Source: Octopus sinensis (Eukaryota). Taken from it: a stretch of DNA of 64,000 nt. Location of the stretch: NCBI RefSeq assembly GCF_006345805.1, contig NC_043010.1:44640001-44704000 (forward strand), given 5' to 3'. Below the pieces are notes generated by a model. The model saw only the letters and a program-made list of their open reading frames with translations, ran no database searches and was not told the DNA's origin. The position numbers were made by a program, and so were the translations under genes. Each line of letters starts with the position of its first letter. Position 1 is the first letter of the stretch. Below are positions 12,601 to 24,600 of this stretch, piece after piece.

Positions 12601-14826
12601 GATCCTCTATTTTTAACCTTATCTATGTCAAGCTTACAAGTGACCATTTTATGATCACTGTAGCTGATTGGGTAAAACTGTGGACACTTAGCTATTTTAC
12701 TGTCTACTTTTCTAATTAGTATTCTATCTAAATATGACCTGGAAGATCCGTCGCTGTTTGACCATGTCCAAATGGAGCGTTCGAAATTCCAGCCTATAAG
12801 GATCTGCTAGCTCAAGCGGCTTAGCAGTTCCATGAAGCCACTGTTGCCTTTTCTATCTGGACCGAGCCAACATAATCTACATCCCGCTTTGCAAATTGTG
12901 TTAAAGTCTCCTAGCACCTACTAATGAATGCAAGTACCAGAAAGTTTTCTAGTTCACGAAATAATCACTTTGCCCTGTATGGTTGGGTGCGTAAATTGCA
13001 ACCAGTCTGATAACTTTACCGTTACTGAACGTCAAATCCATGACGACCAGCCTACCTTCTGATCTGCAAAATTAACTTTTTCTCAGAAACCCGGTTTCTT
13101 TTTAATAGGACCAACACCCCACTCCCGCCTGTAGGACTGCCAGAGAGAAAAAACTCTCGTAGCCGTCAACAGCGGAGAGAACCTCTTGGCCCCTCTAACC
13201 GGGTTTCTGTAGCAACAATAACATCTAAATTACGCGACCTGATATCATGCAGGAAGCGACCTTGCTTCCAGTCTGCTCCCAGGCCGCGCACATTCAACAA
13301 CCAACATAAATGTAATCCATTACTTACCTTATATCAGTGGTTCGGTTTTCTCTTGTTTTCTAACTCTTTTTCTGGGCTCGTGGGGAGTCTGACGTAGGCC
13401 CTCGAATATATGTGGAGATGTCACATCCAATCTAAGTGGGCCTACGTCATGGAAGAATTCTGACTTAATCCGCCCGTAATCCTTCCGGCCTATTCTGTAA
13501 ATTACAAAGTCGTTTTTTTTTCACTACTTTCTCCACTTTGGCCATGGCTGCCAACACGTTTCCGAGTCTGCTTTTGCTGCCTTTACGGCCATATATGAGT
13601 TCATTGACTCTTTTTTTTTTTTAAGATTATCTGGGAGGGTGTTTCCGTTTTTCTTTTTTTCTTCCGGTAATTTTTGCCCACCCCTCCTCATTTATCTTTT
13701 CCCCTCCTCGCTTTTTTCCTCCGCCGCTGGTTCTGCTGTCACCGTCACCGCCACACCTTCATTCCTTCCCTTCTGGGCCGTCCGATCTGCTTCTGGTGAC
13801 ACATTATCTTCTTTTTCTTTTGGCTTGGTGCTTCTGCTGCGTTTGGGTTGGGGTTGGCATTCCGCCCTTACATGACCCTTCTTGCCGCAGCCGAAGCACC
13901 TCGGCTTCCTGCCCTCCACGAACGGTTATTTTTCCTCGTCTTCACTAATCTTTACCGTTTCTGGAATTTCTTCCAGTGTTTGCACCTCCGCCTGAATGGC
14001 TATCACTATTTTTTGCCCTTTCCAAATCCTCTTCCTCCACTGTGGCCTGGAGGATGTTTTTTTTTTTCCTCCAGACCTACCATCACTGCTGCCACCAGAC
14101 ATTCAGCATCTGCCTCTGGCGGTATGTTGTTCATTGAAATTTTCGACGTCCTTTTTCCTTTGTACAATGGTAGTAAGACAATGTTTTCCGCTTTGATTGG
14201 CTCCATCGATAGTTTCTTCCTTCCTATCTTCCTCCGTAGTAAAACGCACCTCCACAGTGCCGTATCTTTTTCCTCTGTTTATATACTTTATTTTTATCCA
14301 TAAAAGTTTTAGACAAAACTCTATTTTTTTTCTTCGATTTTTTGGATCATTTTTTTCGTGTGTCGTAAGTTTTATATATTCGTCTTTTTTTTCTATATCG
14401 TCATGTATTTGTATGTTTGTGGCCACAGTCACTTCTGTGCCTTCTGTTTTTACACAGTCTGCAAATTTTTAAAAATTTTCTATATTTATTTTTTTTGATC
14501 TTTTTCCCAGCCACTTCAGCGAATTTTTTTTTGCTGGAGTTGATGCTGGTACTGGTTTTTTTTCCATTTTCTTGGGCGACGCCGCCTCTTTTTTCCTTCG
14601 GCGCAACGCCTCTTTTTTCTTGGCGACAACGCCTCTTTTTTTCCTGGCGACAACGCGGGTATTCATCCTCGCTCGTCACGGGCGAATAAGAGATGGGGGA
14701 CTCCATCTTGAACAAATGGCTTTAACAAGCCTTTGGTAAATCCAAATTAATTGTAGTTTTCCCCCACTGAGGGGGGAACACAAACAACGCGAAGTCTCGC
14801 GCGAAGGCTGACTTCGTCCGTTAGAC
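9699..14826 (-). mobile_element. Near full-length Tx1-clade (L1 group) non-LTR retrotransposon, frameshifted
   Basis: ORF1 (about 14715-13330) has a CCHC knuckle CFGCGKKGHVRAEC. ORF2 from ATG 13320 has APE motifs (NVRGL, SYLDRIL, SDHKMV, GSGYWKLN) and RT motifs ([45 protein letters not shown]), plus a C-terminal Cys motif. Confidence 0.92.
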
Positions 14827-15347
14827 AACAATAGACAAAAACAGGTAGACCAACAGTATATAATAACAGAGATAATAGTACGAGAGCAAAAATATACACA
14901 CGTGTACAGTAAGCACTAATGCACATATATTTGCATACACACTCACACAGCCAATAACATGCAAGCAGCTGATATATACAGCTGACACACACACACTTAA
15001 ATATTTGCGCATGTGGGTGCCCACATATGGCTGTGTTTCTGTTAGTCCCTCCAAAGGCCAGCCAGATACGAAGGCACTACCAGCTTCCTGCCCAAACACG
15101 ACCTGCCTTGATCAATAGCAGCCTTGTTTCCAGTAGCCATTCAGTTAACGAAACCTGAATGAACTAGGTTTCTGTAAAGAGGCCTGCAAAACTTTAAGCC
15201 ACATAGAGCCAAATCAAACCGTTTTAAATAATAATATATGTAACTCCTACTAAATGTGTTGAGTGCCTTTTTCTTTTGTTTGCCCCCCCCCCCCAAGCAT
15301 ATGCACAGAGTGTTTGAAGTGGTGTACAGATATTGTATATTAAGAAG

Positions 15348-15479
15348 AAGGAGGCAGTCAGAATTTTTGATAATTCTTTATTAGTGTTTTTGTTTATTTA
15401 ACTGAACTCTTCAAGATAATAAAACCAGGATCATTGTCAGTGCTAATAAAGAATTATCCAAAATTCTGACTGCCTCCTT
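15348..15479. repeat. 37-bp inverted repeat (1 mismatch) with a 58-bp spacer, adjacent to (TA)n
   Basis: AAGGAGGCAGTCAGAATTTTTGATAATTCTTTATTAG at 15348-15384 versus its reverse complement at 15443-15479. Confidence 0.85.
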
Positions 15480-15484
15480 TTTTT

Positions 15485-15523
<39 letters not shown>

Positions 15524-15551
15524 CACATACACACACACATATGTATGTATG

Positions 15552-15584
<33 letters not shown>

Positions 15585-15585
<1 letters not shown>

Positions 15586-15760
15586 GGGAGAGTTTACGAA
15601 AAAAACAACAAATGATGAAGCCAGGTGGTGCACAAAACAAACATGTATTAGTATAACGCTCAGGAATAGAAAAAGTCTTTTACGTTTCGAGCCTACGCTC
15701 TTCTACAGAAAGGGACAAAGAAAACAAGGAGAGAAAAAAATGTGTGTAGTGGCTAACAAA
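15585..15760 (-). mobile_element. Penelope-like terminal module with a variant hammerhead motif (15678-15711)
   Basis: Minus strand TTT-CTGTAGA-A-GAGC-GTAG-GCTC-GAAAC-GTA-AAA; abuts (TA)n. Confidence 0.5.
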
Positions 15761-15970
15761 TCCTTTCTACTATAGGCACAAGGCCTGAAATATGGAGGAT
15801 GGTGATAGTTGATTACATTGACCCCCAATACTCAACTAGTACTTATTTTATTGACCCAAAAACGATGAAAGACAAAGTTGACCTCAGCAGAATTTGAACT
15901 CAGAACATGAAGGCAGATGAAATACTGTTAACCATTTTGGTTGGCATGCTGATGATTCTGTCAGTTTGGT
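15760..15970 (-). mobile_element. Second SINE family, degraded copy
   Basis: B-box-like GAGTTCAAATTC and a ...GGCCTTGTGCCTATAGTAGAAAGGA tail. Confidence 0.65.
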
Positions 15971-16859
15971 TTGATGCAGGGACAGAGGGAAATCCACTTC
16001 TTTGTCCCATTTCTTCTAGAGTTTTTGCAAATGCTGTATGTATCTCCCTTTGAAGTCATTGGCCATCAAGTCTGTATAGTGCCTTTTGATACTATTGGAT
16101 GGTGTGAGGTTGGTGTTATTAGAAGTAAGTTCAGTGTTCTAGCAACACCAGATGCATTAGAAAAGGGAATTCTTTGGACTGCATGGTTAGACAGGAAGCT
16201 AACAGAACTTTGGTGTCTGGGTGGCTTTTGGAGGGATTAACAGAAACATGGCAATAAGATGTGGGATGAAGTGATGATGACTGATCTTATGATGTTGGGG
16301 CTCATGGAGAGATGACAAGGGACCAAGATGTTTGGCAATATGAGGTTCTAGAGAAGACCCACCCATGTCAGCAAGACAGAGTGCTAGAAGCATTGTGTCC
16401 CACCCACATGTAACAACAAAATTTTCACACACCCTACCACAAGAAACTAAACTACATCTCCTTTTCTAAACTGAATCTTTCTTTTCCTCACATTTCCTCT
16501 TCATAAACTATGATTGTCTTTCAGTCCCCTTTCCTGCTCCCACTGCCCTGCTGACTGTATTGCTGCTTTCCACCCCACCCCATTTTTGTACCCAGGTTTT
16601 TGCCAGTCACTGCAATCCCCACTCCCTCCTTGCACTTTTTTGGCTATACCTGACTGCATATATTATGACCTTCGTACCTCTCTCTTCCTTACTCTACCAT
16701 CACATCTATGCTCTGATCACGCTAGTGAACAGAGCATATTTACCGTGCATGTATGGGTGTGTGCACATATAGTTGATTGAAAGCAATGAATATATTTACA
16801 CTACTTTGTTGAAAAGCTCAAAAACTTTATTGGCACAAAGTTATATATATATATATTTA

Positions 16860-17004
16860 CACTAGCATAGCTAGGGAGTGGGGGCGGTCCACCCCAGGCG
16901 GCACCACATTTGGGTCTGCTGTAGGCAATACATGTTTTTCGTGGGGTCCAGGGGTGGCAAATGGAAGGCCACCCCAGGCAACATGCACTCTAGCTGTGCT
17001 AGTG
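16860..17004. mobile_element. Short MITE (hAT-like TIRs)
   Basis: Terminal inverted repeats CACTAGCATAGCTAG and CTAGCTGTGCTAGTG around a GC-rich interior. Confidence 0.6.
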
Positions 17005-18063
17005 GCCCTGATCCTTGTTACTTGTGAGTACACCCTGACACTTCACCATCTTTCTCCTGCTCTCTCTAACACTTTTGCTGTTTCCTCCCCCTCTCTCTCT
17101 TCCCTTGCTTTTCCTTCTGGCTGGGTAGCCATGTAAATCTCTACAACAGCACACCTATTTCTACCCTCATTCTTGATCACTCTCTCTCCTCTTGTTTACC
17201 TCTGGCTAGGTAACCAAGTATCTCCTTTACATCAGTGCACCTGTTTCTGTCCTCTTTCTTGAATCTCTCTCTCACTAAGTAACCATGAACCTCCCCAATA
17301 GCAAGACGCCTATTTCTGCCTTTCTATTTCTCTGCCCCACTCTAACTTTTCATCATCTGATATAAGATCATCTCCTCCAATGCCCCCTCTGTTATACCAA
17401 GACACCTGTTTCTGCCTCTCTGTCACACTCTAGGCTATCATCCTCTGATACAAGCTCCCTTCCTCAAATGCTCCTGCTCCTCTCAGAATTCCTTGCCTTG
17501 TAGTTTTCTATTTAGCTGGCTCCAGCTAAATAGAAAATTACCCTAAGCAACTGTGTGTTTTAACTGGATTTTTATGGCCGGATGTCCTTCCTAACATCAA
17601 CCACTCTGCAGAGGGGACTCATTGCTTTTTACATGGCACTAGCACAGGTGAGGTTAGTTTTGGCATGATTTTTACAGCAAGATGCGTGACACCTTGGGCA
17701 ATTGAATTTTCCACGTCCTCTCCCACGCCCCTCATTGTTTTTTTCATATTCGTTTACTACATGTTGTTTTTCACCTATTAGACTATTTTTTTTCACTTAT
17801 ATGTCTTTCCTAACCACCTAAATAAGGGGTTTGCAGGAAAGTTGATTCCACGCGAAAAATTCGAGTTTTTTTTTTTTTTGTGAAAAGCAGGGGTGGTGTT
17901 AAAAATTTACCAAATATTTTGCTTACATCCCAAAAAGTTATAGTTTTTTTCTGAGTTAAATTGTATGCCTCGGAAATCAATTAGAGGGATGCCTGAGCGT
18001 GTGCGCGCGCTCGAGTGAGCACGTGAAGCTAGGATTTGTACGAAAGTATAACATATTTATTTA

Positions 18064-18276
18064 TATTGGGTAGCCCAAAAGAAGGTTTACAGTTATTCAA
18101 CAATTTCGCATTCATGTATTAACAGTTTAAATCTTAATTATAAAAAAAAAAAATTGAAACAATTATTCTATGCTAATTTATTTAGGTAATTGTAAGATAG
18201 AAATTTAAATATAATAAAATGTTTTAAAAGAAATTTAAAGTGCCTGCGTGTGTAAATCTACTTTTGGGCTACCGTA
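18064..18276. mobile_element. Tc1/mariner-type MITE in the ATP6V0E upstream region
   Basis: TIRs GGTAGCCCAAAAGAAGGTTTACA and TGTAAATCTACTTTTGGGCTACC. Confidence 0.7.
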
Positions 18277-18492
18277 CATATATGTATACATAAACGTAAA
18301 TACTTTGTATATGCATATATATATGTGTGTGTGCGTGTATTATATCTAAAAAAACTCGAACACACTCATTAAAAAATTAAACTAAATATCAATTTTTCGG
18401 TTTAAAAAAATTTATTCCAGCAGTAGTTACTGTATTTTATGAATCCAGTTTAATAGAATACGAGAATAAAAGTGTAGCAGAATCTAGTTATA

Positions 18493-18502
18493 GTCATGTG
18501 AC
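18493..18502 (+). promoter_or_regulatory. M-box/CLEAR-like MiT/TFE (MITF/TFEB) site GTCATGTGAC
   Basis: The motif ends 47 bp upstream of the V-ATPase subunit ATG. V-ATPase genes are established MiT/TFE targets. Confidence 0.65.
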
Positions 18503-18549
18503 TTCTCGATGATTATTTTTTCTTCATCGATCTACACTGAAAGAGAATC

Positions 18550-18656
18550 ATGTCGACCGAAGTTGTAATGACCGTTGTGACTCTATTTTGGGCATGTGTT
18601 GGTATTGTCATTCCAGTTTTTGTCCAATACACAATGTCTACTTCCCCAAACAAAGG
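18550..18656 (+). CDS. ATP6V0E: ATP6V0E exon 1
   Basis: ATG at 18550; ends PNK-GG|GTATGT; 107 nt. Confidence 0.93.
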
Positions 18657-21600
18657 GTATGTACAATGAATTATCAGAATTTCCTTTATTTTGCGTGTTA
18701 AATACCATCTGCAGTAATTTTGCGTGTTAAATACCATCTGCAGTAATAATTTCTCGAACCTTAATATCCGCCTACAATGGCCTAAACCTAATGTTTGCGT
18801 TTAATCCTTAATAATACATTTTCTGTTATCGTTATTTAAAGAATAAATGCTTTATTTATTTTTCATAAGGTGTCGTTTGTACTGTTTCATTAATAAATAA
18901 ATTAATTGATGTCATAAATAGAGTTCAGTGTGGATATTTTCGTAAATATTTTGTGTTATTTGCATTGAAATTATTCCTGAGAAATAGTAATAAACAAGAA
19001 AGTGTGTAAAACAATAGCCGTAATTATGATCAGTTGTTTATCGCGAGATATTCATTAAGAAGTTTGTTTCCGTACATAGTGGAAACCAGTAACAGTTGAG
19101 TCAGTCGTCTGTCACGAGTGTGTTTGTGTGTGCAGCTGGGAATTTTGTCAGTGAACAGGTCGCGGTTTCAAAGCAACGAAAATATTTTGACAAATTAAAT
19201 TTAAATGTTGAAGTGAATCTAATGATTTTTGTGTGTTTTTAAATGGCTTATAAACACCTTCCACGCTGTATACATACACACACACGCACCCATTGCAGGG
19301 TTCTAATACAATATACTGTAGTTATGTTCGTCTGTATATATTAGGCATAATTAAGTGTAAAACATTTTTCTCAAATTTATGCAAATTATTTATAACAGAA
19401 GATGAATAGACACCATATATATCGTGGGGAGTTAGAGTTACAGAACTTGAGTAGGTATAAATTGAGTATATTTGGTGCAGACTTAAATTGCACAATTACA
19501 TCTCAAAATCGTATTAACAATTTTTTTTCTTGTTACTATAGTCTCAACTAGTGGATAATTATACAAAACGTGAATTATTTACGACGTTAGAAATAGAGCA
19601 TTAACTAAAAGGATGTACTTTGACCTAGAGTTTACTTATTTTGTTTTTACATTTACGAAATAATTATTTCTAACTTGAATTTGTGTTGTGGGAGAGGTTA
19701 ATTAAATCGTTCCCTGTGCTTGGCTAATACTGATTGCCCGCTTCCTCGGTCACATGAAAGACAAAGTGGAAGAAGTTTTGACTTCGGCAAATAATGATAA
19801 TCATTTTTTTTTTTCTAACATAAATATTTTTACTTAGAAAATGTGGGTTTAAAATATCTTCATTCACCACTAATTAGGTCAACTATTTCCCCTTCAGTCA
19901 CTTATTCCTTCCTTGTAGGATAGTCTGAATACTAATACACTGTTTATTAATTCTTCCTTAATATATGTTGAACATTTCAGTAGTTAGGTGGGAAGGTGAG
20001 CAGTTGGAAACAAAGCTCTTTACCAAATTTGACTTGTCCAGGCCGGCCGATCTTGACTGAGGAGACATGATTAGAAGGCATTCCACTCATGACCATCCAT
20101 CTTTTTAAGGGCTATTTAAGAAATGTTCCCTTTCCTTTGACAGGAGGTTGTGATTTGATAGATTTTTGTCTTATTTCCAACAAGTTGAATGTTCACGTAC
20201 GGGCTCCTGCCGTGTGTCTTGTGAATGCCATCAGTTACTATAACCTTGCTGAACTTGAATTTTCTCAGTGTACTATTTCTGTACTGTATTAAAAGTCTAT
20301 ATTAGTGAAGATCTGTTTTAACTGGGATAGCATTCAGCCATGTCTAACATACCTGTCTTCAAGCTAAACTGCCTATCAATCTACCCATCTCTATCACATT
20401 GCATCATTGATATGCCACTGGAGTTCTCTTTGACGTTCACCATCAGTTTTGGACAGGGCTATTAGAGAGTGTTCTGTGCTGTGAGGACCAAAGACTTGAG
20501 GTATTTCGTGTTGCAAGACAGTGTGTGAGAGAGAATTGTGATGTTGTAGAAGAGAAATATGTCTGCATGGATGATGGTTCACTTGCATTAAACGAGGCTG
20601 CTTAGAGATAGGTTTGGAGATGCCACTATGAAAGGTTGCTCAATAAAGAAAATGAATGGGAGAGAGTCTGCCGAATGTCGACCCAACAAAGAGACCAGCT
20701 ATCCGAGTTGACAGTACCTTGGTAGATAAAGTAATTAAGAATATGAAGACAGGGAAAGCCCCCGGCCCTTCAGGAATCACTGCAGAGATGCTCAAAATAT
20801 CTGGCAGTGTTGGCCTAGTCACCCATATAGTTAACCAGGTGATACACGAACGAGTCATACCCAATGACTGGTGTAGCAGCACCATAGTCAACTGCTACAA
20901 AGGTAAAGGTGATGAAGAATTCAGTGTAGAGGTAGGGGTTCACCAAGGTTCAGTCCTCAGCCCCTTCCTATTTATCATAGTCCTCTAGGCAATAACAGAG
21001 GAATTCAAGACAGGATGCCCCTGGGAGCTCCTCTATGCTGACAACCTTGCTCTAATTGCTGAGTCACTATCAGAACTAGAGGAAAAGTTTCAGGTGTGGA
21101 AACAAGGATTAGAATTGAAGGGCCTTAGAGTCAACCTAGCTAAAACCCAAGTCCTAATAAGTAGGAAGGTAGACAAACTACAAATCCCTTCAGGTAGATG
21201 GCCCTGCTTGATCTGTAGAATGACTAGTGACAGAGACCTTTGGAAATATGCTGTGCTTGAGAAGATGACCCAGCAAGCCAAGTGAGACCATAACCATACA
21301 GAGACTATGGTGGATTAGTAGAAGCTGGGTTTGAGGTGAGAAAATAAGGTATTGTGAATGTCTGTCTGAGATATGTATTGGATAAGATTTTTAACCCCAG
21401 GTCAACCTTAATTGAGTAGGCTTATCAAAGATTTTCTAGAGTACATCCTATTATAATGGACTTTAACAATTCTGATCACTATTTTTTGTTTGCTATACTA
21501 GATAGCATGTGGGTATAATATTTCAGGTTATTACTTCTCTTAAAGCACTTTTTAAAACTATTTGTTACAAAAGCTTGCCTATTTCAAGGTGCCTCTTTGT

Positions 21601-24600
21601 CCTTCAAATATATTCATTCTGGATAGCTTTTCTAGTTGATTTTTTTTTCCAAGGAAAATTGAGACAAACAGTTTCAGATTCTCCTTTGCTAAAACTGATT
21701 GTTCTCCTAAAGCTGACTGTTCTTTTGTTTGTCCATTAGCCTATATTTGTATTTGAAAATCCCATTGTTTCAAATATTATACACTTTAACTGTTTCACTT
21801 AACTCAAGACTATGATCTGCTTTCAATCTTAAGGATAGTAAATTGAAGATTGTTGCATGCTATTGTCATCTACCATTTGTCTAGCTGTCATAACAGCATT
21901 TGTTTCTTGAAATCTCATGTAAGATGTCTCTTAACTGGTTAGCCAACTATTGCTTGTGATATTTTGTGGTGATATTCAACAAGACATAATTACATATTTA
22001 CAACTTGTTACACTTTTAAAGAACAATATCAAATAGCTTGGAGAGAAACTAGATGTTAAGTATAAAGGGAGAAGTCAAAAAGAAAGAGGTTTGTACATAT
22101 TTTGTGATATGAGTATAGAGGCATGAGGTGTTTGCAAAGCAGTGTACCAGAGGTAATCAAAATATTGTTGGAAAGAAGTGTGTATGGAATGATAGTGTAG
22201 CACTTCCCTCCATTGATTCTAAAAAGAAAGAGGCATAGAAGTGATACTAAGGTATTGACAACTGATGAAAATGTATAGGGTCATTGATGTTGACAGCTAT
22301 GTGGTCAAAAGTGTGATTAAAATAAAATATTAAATGTTACAAAGATGTTCCAGTGTGGGCCAACTACAGAAGCATTAAATTGAGGTTATATAAATAATCA
22401 GTGTAACGAACTGAGTAGGAAAAAAAATTAACTGAGATAAGATGCAGTTTGGGCTAGGATGGAATATCACTGATGCCCTCTTCGTTTAAAAAGACCTCAG
22501 GTAAACTACATAGCTTGGAATGAACCACTCCACATATCATTTATTGATTGAGAACTTTAACCAGTATTCCACACTAGTTTGTGGTTGCTAAGAAAAGTAA
22601 ATGAATGGCCAATGTACAGAGGAGCCATCTGCAACATTACTCCTATTCCATTGATAAGATAGCCTTTTCTTCACAATATATTTCCTAAATTGTTGTAAAG
22701 CCTAAGTTGCTGATGAACTAAAATAAATATTCATTTACTGGTTCTAGCCAGTTGGCTCTGGTCACGATGATGCACTGCTTAGAAACATTTCTATTTGTTT
22801 ATTTCTTTTGGAAATATTTTCCATTTTTTTAAGCCTTGTGTATTTATAGGGATTTTTGAAAATCCAGGCATTTGTTGAGATTTTAATCTCAACAAATGCC
22901 TGTTTTAGTGTGGTGAACCTGTTCGTTGATGAGGTCTTTCAATATCTTATTAACAGATGTTCACTGATTTAATCACTCAGCAATCTAGTTAACTATTGTA
23001 AATACAGAAATAGTTTTGTCAGAGAAATAGTGAAACACATTAATTTGAATCCCTATCAGAATATTTACTTCAGTTATTGTATTAGTGTATAGGAGAGATA
23101 ATGAGCTATGTTATTCTACTTCAGCAATGTTTTGTATCTAATACTGAATGCATATTTTTCTTATATCTAGTAATTATGTTTTCAAAGAATGTACACTGAC
23201 TGCTGTTCAATCTAGAGAAACCTTTGTGTGTAAGAGGGTTTCCAGCTGTTATTAACAATAGATCTTTATTAAAATGTGTATTCTGGGTGTACATATAATT
23301 TTAGCTTATGTAAACAGTCCGTATGTGACTGATATTTTCAGAAGTGTTTCTGTCTTTTCTGTTCTATATTTGCATTTTACATTCAGTGATGACATCTAAT
23401 GGCTGTCATATATTGTAAAAAAAACAAAAAAAACCTCTTTCTTGATGGTGCCATTGAGTGAGATTCTTATATTTTGTTCTCAGTAATTATTTTTATAAGT
23501 TTAGTATAATGAACTCTTGAGTTTATAATTTGTAGTAAATTTGGTATTGTTTTGGTATCCTGTGTTATACATTTAATTGTGTATTAATAGTGTAAGAGAA
23601 GGAAGGTTTTTTTTTTTCTGAATGGTATTCATATTGTGTATTCACAGCTATAGTTTTAAGTGCTCTATTCCTTTGGAAATAAACATAGGCAGCAAGCTGT
23701 GTCTGTGTTGCAATAGTTGTTATTTAAGATGATTTAACAAGTGTGTAATTTACACATAAAATCAACAAATAATGGTGCAATTTGTTCTATTTTCTGCTGT
23801 AACTATATATTACATAAAATTTAAGAAATATAGAAAGTTTTGAATGTCTTATTTTTGAATTAATGAGGGCCCCCTCCCCCAAAATCGATGCTAAATGGAA
23901 GAAATAAAATAAGATCCTCGAAAGACTCCCAGAAGGAAATCTTAAACATGTAAGAGACTTTCTATCAATCAGACTCTCCCCCATTGTTAAAAGTAAAAGG
24001 AATAGAAAATATCGCTTGTACTCTGTATAATGTTAATGGTAATCTCAAGTGTGACTCACCTCTCTTACTTCTTTTCTCCACTATTTGAAAATAGAAAAGT
24101 CGATTGTTTATATAATTCCTCAATGTTTTAACTGACCATGTAGTTTTATCCCAAATTACGGTGCATTGACAAACTCCAAATCAGAGTGAAATGAATTTGT
24201 CTGCAGCTACTAGGACAACCAAAACATTAAACAAAAAGAAAATAAAAAGAATGAATTGTATTGAAATATCTACTCACATAATAAAATAAGTATATAAAAA
24301 ATAAAAAATTTCTCTCAGCAATTCTCTCTCCTTGAGGGAAATTTCTCCCCCTCTTTTATTTCTTAGCAAACCCTATTTCTCTCTACCTCTTAAGTTGAAA
24401 AAACTGCAGATAGCGACAGCGGCAGCAATGGTGGTCACCAGTCAAATTTCACATGTCATCATCATCATTGCTTAATGTCCGTTTTCCATGCTGGCATGGG
24501 TTGGACAGTTCGACTGGGCTCAGGGTTGCCAGGAGGCTGCACCAGGCCCCAATCTGATCTGGCAGTGTTTCTACAGCTGGATGCCCTTCCTAAAACCAAC

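Noticed and set aside
19039-19048. TATCGCGAGA (BANP/CGCG-like promoter motif)
   Set aside because: It appears to lie within a repeat-like segment (about 19010-19270) in intron 1 and has no independent support.
21509-21739. TTTCAG|GTTATTACT as ATP6V0E exon 2
   Set aside because: It lacks the CCYLF motif; 26731-26778 gives the expected 48-nt exon with correct phases.
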